Positions 50,087-59,486 are shown, counted from the first letter of the stretch. The stretch: DNA of 64,000 bases from Chitinophagaceae bacterium (GCA_019638615.1 JAHBTL010000027.1:28550-92549), one strand, 5' to 3'. A program made the numbers and translations. Notes: generated by a model from the letters alone, not told the origin.

Positions 50087-51499
50087 ATGCAAAAGATATT
50101 TTTATATATAACGGTTATAAGCCTTTCTTTTTCCTCATGCAGTAAGTTTCTCGAAGAGAGCCCCCAAAGCGCGTTAACGATGGCGAACTTTTATAGAAAC
50201 CCGGAAGAAGCCGTCAGCGCTGTGAATGCGGCCTATGATATACTGGGCAACAACGGGATCTATCATTTTGGCCCAACAGTGGCGTTAATGGTACCATCTG
50301 TAAATATTTATACCACAGTCGAACGGTGGCGGCAGTTTGACGAATTTAAATATACTGCGGAGGAATCGGAGATTATGCCTTTTTTATACAATCGCCACTA
50401 CATAGGGATAATGCGTTGCAATGCCGCCATTATAAATATCCCTGATATTTCAATGGATGAAAATTTAAAGAAACGACTGATAGGAGAAGCCAGGTTTTTG
50501 AGGGCATATCTTTATTTCAACTTGGTCAGGCTGTTTGGCGGTGTACCATTGGTTACTTCTCTTAATGCAGACAACCCGGGTCGCAATACAGTAGAGGAAG
50601 TCTATACCCAGGTTATTCAAGACCTGGAAGAAGCGGAAAGCTCATTACCTGTGACATATAATGGTGCAGACATTGGGCACGCCACAAAAGGAGCAGTATG
50701 GGCGTTGCAGGCCAGAGTTTATCTTACAAGGAAGCAATGGGATAAAGCTGCCGGTAAGGCAAAGCAGGTTATTGACGGTAATGTATATAGCTTATGGGAG
50801 GATTATTCTCAGGCTTTTAAGGAACCGGCTAATTATGGAAAAGAAAACATCTTTGAGGTTGGGTTTAAATCTGGTTTAGGTAATCCTACCTCAGGCGAAG
50901 GCAATATTTTAAGTTATTACACTACGCCCAATACTACTTCTTTACCTGGATCTCCCGCTTTCCGTCCTACAATTGCATTTTACGAAAGTTTCGAGCCGGG
51001 CGACCGTCGTAAGGAATGGGGAATGTACACGTCAATTACGATTAACAATGTTGAATACGAGTTTGTACCACACATTTTCAAGTTTACAAGCGAAAAATAT
51101 TTTGCTGGCGCTGAACCGGGGTGGGATGCTTCTGTCAATTATCCGCTTATCCGGTATGCTGACGTATTGTTGATGTATGCAGAGTCGTTAAATGAAATGA
51201 ATGGTCCAACCACTGAAGCTTACGACGCAATTAATCAGGTACGAGTAAGAGCCCAGATTCCACCATTGATAGAAGGTTCACTAAATCAGGATGAATTTCG
51301 GAAAGCTGTATATACGGAACGGGAACACGAGCTTTATCTTGAGGGAGAAGATTGGTTTGACCTGGTGCATACAGATCGTTTAATCTCCGGGCATCAGCAG
51401 ATAGGAATTACAGTTAATGAAAGATATAAGCTGTTCCCGATCCCTCAGCGGGAAATAGATGTTGCAAATGGAGCCCTGGTTCAAAATCCGGGGTACTGA
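50087..51499 (+). CDS. susD: SusD/RagB-family nutrient-binding lipoprotein
   Basis: The start is taken at ATG 50087 (MQKIFLYITVISLSFSSC). Typical motifs are ARFLRAYLYFNLVRLFGGVPL, the YADVLLMYAES region and a C-terminal QNPGY. Confidence 0.9.
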   Translation: MQKIFLYITVISLSFSSCSKFLEESPQSALTMANFYRNPEEAVSAVNAAYDILGNNGIYHFGPTVALMVPSVNIYTTVERWRQFDEFKYTAEESEIMPFLYNRHYIGIMRCNAAIINIPDISMDENLKKRLIGEARFLRAYLYFNLVRLFGGVPLVTSLNADNPGRNTVEEVYTQVIQDLEEAESSLPVTYNGADIGHATKGAVWALQARVYLTRKQWDKAAGKAKQVIDGNVYSLWEDYSQAFKEPANYGKENIFEVGFKSGLGNPTSGEGNILSYYTTPNTTSLPGSPAFRPTIAFYESFEPGDRRKEWGMYTSITINNVEYEFVPHIFKFTSEKYFAGAEPGWDASVNYPLIRYADVLLMYAESLNEMNGPTTEAYDAINQVRVRAQIPPLIEGSLNQDEFRKAVYTEREHELYLEGEDWFDLVHTDRLISGHQQIGITVNERYKLFPIPQREIDVANGALVQNPGY

Positions 51500-51522
51500 T
51501 CACTAATTTCAATATTATAACT

Positions 51523-52584
51523 ATGAGTATCATTTCAAGAAAAAATTTTTTGCAAATAACAGCAATGGGAGCGGCATCCGTTCCTTTTCGGGGGTATTCC
51601 TTACAAAAACAAAATACGCTTACTAAAACTTCAGCCGATGGTCAGGACTCACCAGTCTTTAGGTTCGTACAAATAAACGATCTGCATATTCAAAACGACC
51701 GTTCCCGTTATGTTTCTGCATCTTCTAACCGGGTAGGGCCAACATATAAAGGTGCCAATGATAGGGCATTTTGGTTGCTACAGTCCTTAAAAAACGATGC
51801 TTTTTTTAATGGAATTGATTTTGTATTGGGTATCGGAGATTTAGTGCACGGGCAGCAATTGGAGGCAATAAAATATGACCTTGATTTTTTTGCAACACAT
51901 TTTTACAAAGACTTTCCCGTTCCTCTTTATCCTGCAATCGGAAATCATGAAATTGTTCAACGTGAAGGAGATCCTGTTTATGAAGCACCTTATAAGGAGT
52001 TATTCGGCAAGGACAAAGTGAACTACTCCTTTCTTCACAAAGGAGTTCATTTTATTGTCATTAACAATGCCGGATCCCATTCAGTAAATGATAAAGAGAT
52101 ATTAAACTTTCGCTTGGCCTCTTTAGAAAGAATGTTGAACGAGCATCCCGATAAACCTAAAATTGTATGCTGTCATATACCTCTTATTCCTATCCGGCAA
52201 AATGAAGTGTTGGCTAAAAGCTTTGGATTTTCTTCCTATTTTACGAAAGAGACAGAGTTGCTGGATCTGGTTGAGAAGTATAAGGTGTTGGCCGTACTAT
52301 CCGGGCATCTTCATATTTCAGGAATGATTATAAAAAATTCAGTTCACCATATTGCGATATCGGGATCAGCATCATATCCACACGACATGGCGCTTTATAC
52401 TGTGTATAAAGATCGGATAGATGCAGCGCTTTTTAGAGTTCCATCAGATTTATTAGTGCCTAGCACCAACATACACGGAGCTGCCCGGTTCGGATTGGAT
52501 TATACTGATAACTTACACCAGGATTATACAACATATATCATGGGTCAGATGTCTGAGAGGTATTTTTCGATACCGCTAAAATAA
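51523..52584 (+). CDS. Metallophosphoesterase with Tat-like/Sec signal
   Basis: 353 aa with calcineurin-like motifs DLH (INDLHIQ), GDLVHG, GNHE and GHLH. The N-terminus is SRKNFLQITAMGAAS. Confidence 0.8.
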   Translation: MSIISRKNFLQITAMGAASVPFRGYSLQKQNTLTKTSADGQDSPVFRFVQINDLHIQNDRSRYVSASSNRVGPTYKGANDRAFWLLQSLKNDAFFNGIDFVLGIGDLVHGQQLEAIKYDLDFFATHFYKDFPVPLYPAIGNHEIVQREGDPVYEAPYKELFGKDKVNYSFLHKGVHFIVINNAGSHSVNDKEILNFRLASLERMLNEHPDKPKIVCCHIPLIPIRQNEVLAKSFGFSSYFTKETELLDLVEKYKVLAVLSGHLHISGMIIKNSVHHIAISGSASYPHDMALYTVYKDRIDAALFRVPSDLLVPSTNIHGAARFGLDYTDNLHQDYTTYIMGQMSERYFSIPLK

Positions 52585-52623
52585 TTACATAGTTTTTAGG
52601 ATGGCTCTAAAATTAGTTTGGAT

Positions 52624-52657
52624 GAGGGTATCTCAAAGGAAAGAGATACCCTCTTTT
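52624..52657 (+). terminator. Intrinsic terminator after the phosphoesterase gene
   Basis: GAGGGTATCTC aaaggaaa GAGATACCCTC is followed by TTTT. Confidence 0.7.
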
Positions 52658-52848
52658 ATACGTATACTTATGGAAGTGGAAAATCATTTTTTTCCTATTG
52701 ACATATATTTCACCTACCATCCTCTGGTATCCAAAGGTAATTGTCCATGAGAAATCATTTCATGGCCGGCATTTTGAAAACAAAATACTCCTGTTTGCAA
52801 ACCTTATACTGATCGCAAAACTATTGCCGGAAAATACTGTGGAGCTTT

Positions 52849-53241
52849 ATGTTCAAATCAAACACTGTGAAACGCCCATCACTAAAAAGAAAAACAGTGG
52901 ATGATAATTTCAGCTTTGAAGAAAAGCTTACCATCATCTACCTCGGTCTTTACATAGCAAAAGACCGGATCTTCGCAAGTATTGACCTGGCATTTTATGG
53001 GAAGAAAATATCTGTCGCAACTCAAAAGTCCTGGAAAACACTTTTCGAAAATGAATTCACTTCCTGCAGGCAAATGGAGCTAAAAACTTACCGGGATTGC
53101 GCCTTTCTTGAATTTAAAACACGTCATCTGGTGAATCTAGCAGAAAACCTCAATTTTGACCGGGAAGAACCTTGGCAGGGATTTACTATTCCACTGCTGG
53201 CTTTTGCGCAGATCGTAAGACAGCTAAAAAACTTCTTTTAA
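52849..53241 (+). CDS. Hypothetical protein
   Basis: A 130 aa ORF with no motif recognised. Confidence 0.4.
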   Translation: MFKSNTVKRPSLKRKTVDDNFSFEEKLTIIYLGLYIAKDRIFASIDLAFYGKKISVATQKSWKTLFENEFTSCRQMELKTYRDCAFLEFKTRHLVNLAENLNFDREEPWQGFTIPLLAFAQIVRQLKNFF

Positions 53242-53401
53242 TCGCCAGGTTAGTTCCAACGCTTCCTGCCACCCTGAATTTGTAAAAAGACCTAAAATGG
53301 TAATAAGATTTTCAAAGTGTTGTGGATTTGATAATAGCACTTTAATGACGGGTGTTACGACCGGTATGTTCATACGCCTTCCCGATTAAAAATGTGCCGA
53401 A

Positions 53402-53427
53402 AAACCGTAAAAGAAACCGTAAAAGAA
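53402..53427 (+). repeat. Tandem AAACCGTAAAAGA direct repeat, a possible arm-type recombinase site (right end of island)
   Basis: AAACCGTAAAAGA AAACCGTAAAAGA(A). The same motif occurs at 40009-40033. Confidence 0.4.
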
Positions 53428-53545
53428 TTGGTAGGAATTACGAAGAATTAAAAACTTCAGGAAAATTCAAAACCCACGTCAAGCTTGCGTCTGGCGCGGG
53501 TTTTACTCGTTTTAACGATTTTTGAGTCGTTTTAAAACTCCCGTT

Positions 53546-53623
53546 TGGCTCCCCCTTCAGGACTTGAACCTGAGACCCTCTGATTAACAGCCCTCTCTAT
53601 AACTTAACCGGGCTGAACGGGGA
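53546..53623 (-). pseudogene. tRNA-Asn(GTT)-like sequence: the 3' 45 nt are canonical and the 5' half cannot form D or anticodon stems
   Basis: The reverse complement of 53546-53590 is CTGTTAA TCAGA GGGTC TCAGG TTCAAGT CCTGA AGGGGGA G CCA. That parses as anticodon loop with GTT, anticodon 3' stem, variable loop, a perfect T arm, acceptor 3' strand, discriminator and CCA. The 33 nt on the 5' side have the right length and a 6/7 acceptor match (TCCCCGT), but GAGGG cannot pair with TCAGA and no D stem forms. Confidence 0.6.
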
Positions 53624-53720
53624 TAAAGCTATTTTAACTTAATCATTTAACTATCAACAACTTATACGAATTTCATTAATTTCGACATAGACATTCTAAA
53701 GGTCGTTTAGCCATGTTTTG

Positions 53721-53741
53721 CTGGCAAATTACTGGCAAATT
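53721..53741 (+). repeat. Tandem 10-nt direct repeat CTGGCAAATT a CTGGCAAATT upstream of the integrase gene
   Basis: Read directly from the sequence. It lies 42 nt upstream of the int start and could be an arm-type site or an operator. Confidence 0.4.
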
Positions 53742-53782
53742 TTGAGGCGAAGGCTATTGTGAACCAGAAAAAATAAGCGTTT

Positions 53783-55201
53783 ATGTCAGCATCAGTTGTT
53801 ATTACATTAGACACCCGGAGAATCAAGCAAAAGACGGGCAAATATCCGGTCAAACTGCTGGTTACTTATAACGGAGAACCACAGCGATACCAGACAATTT
53901 ATGACCTTACAGAGAAAGAGTATAATAATCTTTCCGCTTCACGAGTATCAGATCAAATGCAAAAAGTAAGAGACAGCCTTAAAGAGATCAAGCGAAAAGC
54001 GGAAGAAATTATTAGCATCCTTGAGCCTTTCAGCTTTGAAGATTTTGAAAAGGATTTTGTTTTCAATAATCTCTTATTCCGGCAGCGAAAATATTTAAAA
54101 AGTAAGGTTATAACTGCAGCCTTAAATAATGATGATTTTGACTATACTCCATTTCATAAAAAATTTCCAATCTTAATGGAACCGCCTGCAGACCCAACAA
54201 CCTTTGCTTTTACATTCAATTCCTACATAAAGAAACTCCTTACCGAAGGCAGGATCGGCACTGCGTTAAGTTGTCATTGCGCCTACAATTCTTTTAAGCG
54301 GTTCAGTGGCAATGTTACGCTTAGTTATATGACAGTGAACTACCTTAACAGGTATGAACAATGGGCAAAGCAGGGAGGAATGTCAAAAACCACTATTGGC
54401 ATATATACCCGTGCATTGAGAACGATTTTTAATGAAGCAGATGCTAATGGAATTATCCGAAAGGATAAATGCTATCCTTTCGGACGGCGCAAATATCAAG
54501 TCCCTACCAGCAGGAATAAGAAGAAGGCATTGGAGTTGAATCATATTGAGCAGATATATTACTATAAGCCATCTTGTGAAAGCGAAAAGAAAGCAAAGGC
54601 ATACTGGCTGTTCTGCTACTTCAGCAATGGTATTAATCCCAAAGACGTAGCACTGCTTAAATACAAAAACATACAGGAAGAATACATTGTTTTTGAGCGT
54701 GCCAAAACAGAGCGAACCAGCCGTTCCGACCCTAAGCCAATTGTTGTTTATATAACGGAGGAAATCGCCGCTATCATTGAGGAATTAGGTAACAAGGATA
54801 AAAGACCTGAAAATTATATATTCCCGATTCTTTATGAGGGAGTAACTCCGTTAAGACAATATGATCTGGTACAATTTTTTGTCCGGTTCATTAACGACTG
54901 GATGGCGAAGATTTGCGAAAATTTGGGCATTGATAAAAAGGTAACTACCTATGTTGCCAGGCACAGCTTTGCCACAGTTCTTAAACGTTCCGGAGCCAGT
55001 ACGGAAGTAATACAGGAGGCGCTGGGGCATGAAGACATACGAACTACTGAAAACTACCTGGACAGTTTTGGCAATGACACTAAGAAAGAACTTGCCGGCA
55101 GACTAACTGCATTTAATAAGAGACGGGAAATAAATCCTGATGATTTTTCAGATACCTCTAATGAAATAGCCATTTCCCGGGTGATTTCGGAATTGGCGTA
55201 G
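53783..55201 (+). CDS. int: Tyrosine site-specific integrase (Bacteroidota type with N-terminal arm-binding domain)
   Basis: 472 aa. Catalytic-region motifs are YVARHSFATVLKRSG and LGHEDIRTTENYL (HxxR, H, Y). The N-terminus VVITLDTRRIKQKTGKYPVKLLVTY is typical of Bacteroidota integrases. Confidence 0.9.
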   Translation: MSASVVITLDTRRIKQKTGKYPVKLLVTYNGEPQRYQTIYDLTEKEYNNLSASRVSDQMQKVRDSLKEIKRKAEEIISILEPFSFEDFEKDFVFNNLLFRQRKYLKSKVITAALNNDDFDYTPFHKKFPILMEPPADPTTFAFTFNSYIKKLLTEGRIGTALSCHCAYNSFKRFSGNVTLSYMTVNYLNRYEQWAKQGGMSKTTIGIYTRALRTIFNEADANGIIRKDKCYPFGRRKYQVPTSRNKKKALELNHIEQIYYYKPSCESEKKAKAYWLFCYFSNGINPKDVALLKYKNIQEEYIVFERAKTERTSRSDPKPIVVYITEEIAAIIEELGNKDKRPENYIFPILYEGVTPLRQYDLVQFFVRFINDWMAKICENLGIDKKVTTYVARHSFATVLKRSGASTEVIQEALGHEDIRTTENYLDSFGNDTKKELAGRLTAFNKRREINPDDFSDTSNEIAISRVISELA

Positions 55202-55273
55202 AAGTCAATCGGGGATGCCGTTAACGGGTTTACCTGAAAACAGCGAACAATAAAATTTTTGTAACTTTAAAAT

Positions 55274-55588
55274 ATGGGCATAGATAAACAAATACAAAAC
55301 AAACCTCAATTACCGAAACGTCTTTTTTGGGACTTTAGATATGACGAGATTGATTGGATGGGCGACTATCTGACTGTAATGGAAAGGGTATTTGAACGTG
55401 GCAGCAAAGAAGAATGGGAGGAGATGATACGTTTCTACGGATACGATCAGGTGGTTCATGCAGTAAAAAACGAGATAAAGTTCCTGGCAGACTATGCTAT
55501 TGAGAAGGTTTGTGTGTATTTTTCTATCCCTAAGGAGAATCTGTTATGTTATACACGAAAACAGTCGAGACCGGGACACTGGATCTGA
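55274..55588 (+). CDS. Small protein (DUF6922-like), putative antitoxin partner of the downstream NTase
   Basis: 104 aa. It overlaps the NTase gene by 43 nt. LFWDFRYDEIDWMGDYLTVMERVFERGSKEEWEEMIRFYG resembles the family usually found upstream of such NTases. Confidence 0.55.
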   Translation: MGIDKQIQNKPQLPKRLFWDFRYDEIDWMGDYLTVMERVFERGSKEEWEEMIRFYGYDQVVHAVKNEIKFLADYAIEKVCVYFSIPKENLLCYTRKQSRPGHWI

Positions 55589-56241
55589 TAAAAAAGTTGA
55601 TGCTTGATGAAGAGTTGTTTAAGTTTAATCTTGTTGGCGGCACTGCTCTTTCTTTAAAACTGGGTCATAGAAAATCAATAGATATTGATCTTTTTACAGA
55701 CACTAATTTTGATGCTCATTTCCTGGGCAATCATTTAGAGAAGACGTATAACGCCGCCCTTTCCGGTATCCTAACGAATGGCGTTTTTGCCTTTATTAAC
55801 AATGTGAAAATTGATTTATTGGCACATCAATACCCCATATTAAACCAGGTAGAAATTAAAGAAGGTATAAGAATGTTATCGTTGGAAGATATTGGAGCGA
55901 TGAAATTAAATGCTATTCTTAATAGCGGTACCCGTTTGAAAGACTTTGTTGATATGTATGCGCTGCTTGAGCATCTTCCGTTAAACAAAGTAACGGAAAG
56001 TTTTGTGCGGAAATATCCGGATGTGAACAGGCAAATGGCTCATAACGCACTTCTTTATCACAATGATATAAATATGAAACAGAGGATTGATTATATCGAT
56101 CAGGAAATTCCCTGGAAGGAAATTGCAGATAGACTACATGATGCTGTTACTAACGATCAGAAGATATTTCAAAAGAAAAACGTTCTTTCTCAAAAGAAAG
56201 CAACTACAATTCAGCAAAGAAAAAGAGGTAAAAGATTATAA
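55546..56241 (+). CDS. Nucleotidyltransferase AbiEii-like toxin-family protein
   Basis: 231 aa with the motif LVGGTALSLKLGHRKSIDIDLF. Confidence 0.7.
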   Translation: MLYTKTVETGTLDLIKKLMLDEELFKFNLVGGTALSLKLGHRKSIDIDLFTDTNFDAHFLGNHLEKTYNAALSGILTNGVFAFINNVKIDLLAHQYPILNQVEIKEGIRMLSLEDIGAMKLNAILNSGTRLKDFVDMYALLEHLPLNKVTESFVRKYPDVNRQMAHNALLYHNDINMKQRIDYIDQEIPWKEIADRLHDAVTNDQKIFQKKNVLSQKKATTIQQRKRGKRL

Positions 56242-56478
56242 TACTAAGCAGCAAATAAATACATTGGCGAAAGGGGACATTAAAAAAATAGTTCGAAAAT
56301 TGCTGCGACAGCAATTCATTTTCCCATTACTCTAATAATTAGCTTATTTATTGTAACCCGTTAAAAAAGACGCTTTTTTAACGTCAGATGTTATGTATTG
56401 GCAAGCTCCTCATCCCAATTTTCTATAATTACTTAAATTTAGTAAAGATTTATTGGCTCAACTATGAAATAAATTCGG

Positions 56479-57363
56479 ATGGGATGGATTAATAAATGGA
56501 GAAGTAATATGGTGCTGCGCAATATGGCAGCCGATATTTTCGGGCGATCTGCTTACTCCCGGACGCCAGGAAACTTTGTATCGTATTTCCAGTATAAAAT
56601 AGGCGACTACCGGCCGGATCACTACCTGTATTTCCCAAAAGAACCTTACAGGGAAAGGTATAACAACGAGTTTTTTAATAAGCTATGTGAATACAAGGGG
56701 TATGATATTATCCATTTCCTGGAATTTCATTTTTCCGCATACCCCGACCAGCACGATTTTTTACAGTTCCTGCACTATGAATTAAGTGATCGGATGCAAA
56801 TGAAAATAACCGAAACCAAGCTCAAAAAACTACAATCGGCTTTTGAATGGGTACAGGAAAAGCAGCAGGAATGGAAGGAATCACAAAAAGGTATTATCAA
56901 ACAGGAGATAGAGCAGGGAGTACGAGAAATTTTCACCGACCAGCCGGCTCCTAACCCTGCCGAAGTGGAACAATTCATGCAAAAACTTTCTGCACAGTTA
57001 GGTGATTATATAGATAAACTCATGGCAGAAACGGAAGAACGGATGTCGTCTATCACAGAGCGCCTGCCCGCCGGACGAATTGAACTCAATAACCGCAACC
57101 ACGAAGAAAAAATTATCCAACTCCTGATTTTGTGGCAACAGGTGCAGGCTCCGCCGGAGCTTGCCAGAGCGGAGCAACTGTTCAAAAAATTCACGGCGAT
57201 GGATATTGCCACCATTTTACATCTGCATTTTGAGGCATTCCGCGATAATAAAATCCCCACACTTCAAAAGAAAGTAGGAGAGCAAAACGAACGCCTGAAA
57301 ATGAACCATCCTCCGGTTAAAAAACTTGTGGAAGCGCTGCAGACCTTTTTTTACGGGAAATGA
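56479..57363 (+). CDS. Hypothetical protein of the mobile element
   Basis: A 294 aa ORF with a coiled-coil-like, charged middle region. No motif recognised. Confidence 0.6.
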   Translation: MGWINKWRSNMVLRNMAADIFGRSAYSRTPGNFVSYFQYKIGDYRPDHYLYFPKEPYRERYNNEFFNKLCEYKGYDIIHFLEFHFSAYPDQHDFLQFLHYELSDRMQMKITETKLKKLQSAFEWVQEKQQEWKESQKGIIKQEIEQGVREIFTDQPAPNPAEVEQFMQKLSAQLGDYIDKLMAETEERMSSITERLPAGRIELNNRNHEEKIIQLLILWQQVQAPPELARAEQLFKKFTAMDIATILHLHFEAFRDNKIPTLQKKVGEQNERLKMNHPPVKKLVEALQTFFYGK

Positions 57364-57499
57364 AGTTGCTTTATGAACACTTAACTGTTTACTTAACTGG
57401 TTATAACTCCCTCACATCCAGTTTATAAAAATGCACGACCCTTCTATCATTGACTTTGCATAGACTCTAATCCATCTTGCGTCCATAAAACTCTTTTTT

Positions 57500-57811
57500 A
57501 TGGATACTTTATTTATTCCAAATGAAAATGATTTTCGCCGGTGGATCAGGGAGGCTGTGAAAGAATGCCTGGAAAATACACCCATAAAAAGCACTTCCCC
57601 TGAAAATCCGGATGAGGAACCCTTGTTGACCCGAAAGGAAATTGCCGGGATATTTCGTATCTCCCTTGTCACCCTGCACGACTGGATGAAACGGGGCTTG
57701 CCGTCCCATAAGCAACGGGGAAGGGTGTACTTTCTCCGCTCCGAGGTAATAGCCTATGTAAAACAAAACCGCCGTTCTAACTTCCTAAACGCTGACCAAT
57801 GGGAAAGCTAA
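57500..57811 (+). CDS. Excisionase-type (MerR-like HTH_17) DNA-binding protein
   Basis: 103 aa with LLTRKEIAGIFRISLVTLHDWMKRGLPSHKQRGRVYFLRSEVIAYV. Confidence 0.75.
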   Translation: MDTLFIPNENDFRRWIREAVKECLENTPIKSTSPENPDEEPLLTRKEIAGIFRISLVTLHDWMKRGLPSHKQRGRVYFLRSEVIAYVKQNRRSNFLNADQWES

Positions 57812-58749
57812 CCGTTACCGAAGCCCGGAAAATAGACATGGTAGATTATCTTTCTTCACTGGGCTTTCAAGCTATAAAAACAAGAGGGGAAGATTATTGG
57901 TATTTATCTCCTTTCCGCCAGGAAGGAACACCCTCTTTTAAAATTAACCGCAGGAGTAATATCTGGTATGATCATGGTAGCGGAGATGGTGGCAATATTA
58001 TAGATTTTGGCATCCTGTATCATCGTGTAGATGTACGGGGGTTCCTGGAACTGTTAACCAGGGGTTACAGGCAGAACGATTTTTCCTTTCACCCGCAATT
58101 GAAAAAGGAAAGTAGTATTAGTCCGGTTGCGGGTGAAAAAGAAAAGATTACCGACAGCAAAATTATCATTGCAGCTACACGCCAGTTGGGCAATTCACGC
58201 TTGCTGCATTATCTGAATGAAAGGGGTATAGCTCCTGATCTTGCCAACGAGTTTTGCCGGGAAGTTGATTTTCAACTTTATAAAAAGCAGCATACCGCCA
58301 TCGGTTTCGCTAACGGTATGGGTGGTTATGAACTTCGCAACCCTTACTTTAAGGGAAGCTCTTCACCCAAAACATTTCGCTTTTTTGACAATGGCAAAAA
58401 GGAATTGCAGGTATTTGAGGGCTTTTTTGACTTTCTCTCCTGGCTTTCACATTTTAAAGACAACCGGGTTACCAGTAATTATTTAGTGCTTAATTCCCTT
58501 TCTTTTTTTCAAAAGGCAAAACAAACAATGGAGGCACATAGCAGCATCCGGCTCTGGTTAGATCAGGGAACCGCCGGACAGGCATGTACCATACAAGCCA
58601 TTAATTCCCATCCTGCTTACGAAGACAAAAGCAGTTTGTATAAAGATTTTGATGATCTCAACGACTGGCATGTACATCAGCTTAAACAAAAACAACGCTT
58701 GTACAATGCCAACAAACCATCACATTCAAAAACAATAAAACACAAATAA
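57799..58749 (+). CDS. Toprim-domain DNA primase-like protein
   Basis: 316 aa. The N-terminus (DMVDYLSSLGFQAIKTRGEDYWYLSPFRQEGTPSFKINRRSNIWYDHGSGDGGNIIDF) is the CHC2-like primase region lacking the Cys ligands. The C-terminal half is toprim-like (LQVFEGFFDFLS...NYLVLNS). Confidence 0.75.
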   Translation: MGKLTVTEARKIDMVDYLSSLGFQAIKTRGEDYWYLSPFRQEGTPSFKINRRSNIWYDHGSGDGGNIIDFGILYHRVDVRGFLELLTRGYRQNDFSFHPQLKKESSISPVAGEKEKITDSKIIIAATRQLGNSRLLHYLNERGIAPDLANEFCREVDFQLYKKQHTAIGFANGMGGYELRNPYFKGSSSPKTFRFFDNGKKELQVFEGFFDFLSWLSHFKDNRVTSNYLVLNSLSFFQKAKQTMEAHSSIRLWLDQGTAGQACTIQAINSHPAYEDKSSLYKDFDDLNDWHVHQLKQKQRLYNANKPSHSKTIKHK

Positions 58750-58750
58750 T

Positions 58751-59119
58751 ATGGCAGACTTTAAAAGAAGAACCCTGACGCTTAGCAGTGGTAAGCAAAT
58801 TAAATTGTATGGTAATAGTATGGCTATCGGCAGCAGCCTGGAAGTTGGTGAAGGCGCAGCGCCCAATATTCTTTTCTTTTTTGAACAGCAACCGGAAGAA
58901 AAAGCGAACGCTAATCTATCCGCCCCATTATCTGAAGACAAACCTGCAAAAGCAAAATCCTTTCCTAAAACATCGGCAACAGTTCTAAATCCCCACCGGT
59001 TAACGGTGATGGAGATTTTAGAAATAGCAGACTTTAATATCGGGTTATGGATGCAATTGAAAGATAATATCCGGAGACACGGACTCAGCAATCCACGGAT
59101 CTTTAACCGGGAAGTATAA
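58751..59119 (+). CDS. Hypothetical protein of the mobile element
   Basis: A 122 aa ORF starting 1 nt after the primase stop. Confidence 0.55.
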   Translation: MADFKRRTLTLSSGKQIKLYGNSMAIGSSLEVGEGAAPNILFFFEQQPEEKANANLSAPLSEDKPAKAKSFPKTSATVLNPHRLTVMEILEIADFNIGLWMQLKDNIRRHGLSNPRIFNREV

Positions 59120-59435
59120 TGCAGTAGTGGCTCTTTAATGACTGTAAATATTTTCGGAAAACACCCCGACTGACAGGTTTTCAGGTGAAGCAACCAGGAT
59201 TTTTATACAGCACTTTTCCCTTTATCAGCAGGTGAATTAAATAGGGAATGGCTTCAGAAAAGCTTACCAAAGCCTTATAGCTTAGAACGCATTTAGAAGC
59301 GATTTAAGAGGCATTGACGGCAAAGGTGCTAAGTTACATAAGGCAGCGCTGAAAAAGCCGCAAAGAGTAGCTATTGCACTTTAAAGCACCTATGAATGAA
59401 CTCCCGCATGCCCGCACTTGAGGTAGCCAGCTATG

Positions 59436-59486
59436 TTTTGGTAATACCAAAACGCCGGCTCCTTCATCCCGCATTGGAGGCGGGAT
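59436..59486. promoter_or_regulatory. Candidate oriT region: two inverted repeats just upstream of the mob genes
   Basis: The repeats are TTTTGGTA a TACCAAAA (59436-59452) and ATCCCGC attggag GCGGGAT (59466-59486). Confidence 0.4.

Larger units (their letters stand above)
39973..53545. mobile_element. Putative integrase-less genomic island bounded by direct repeats of the tRNA-Asn 3' end
   Basis: The 15-nt direct repeat occurs at both ends. CCGTAAAAGAA-type direct repeats lie just inside both ends (40009-40033, 53402-53427). Cargo is an AbiE TA pair, an AbiEi-like orphan, a frameshifted HExxH protein and an ECF/FecR/SusC/SusD locus. Confidence 0.45.
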
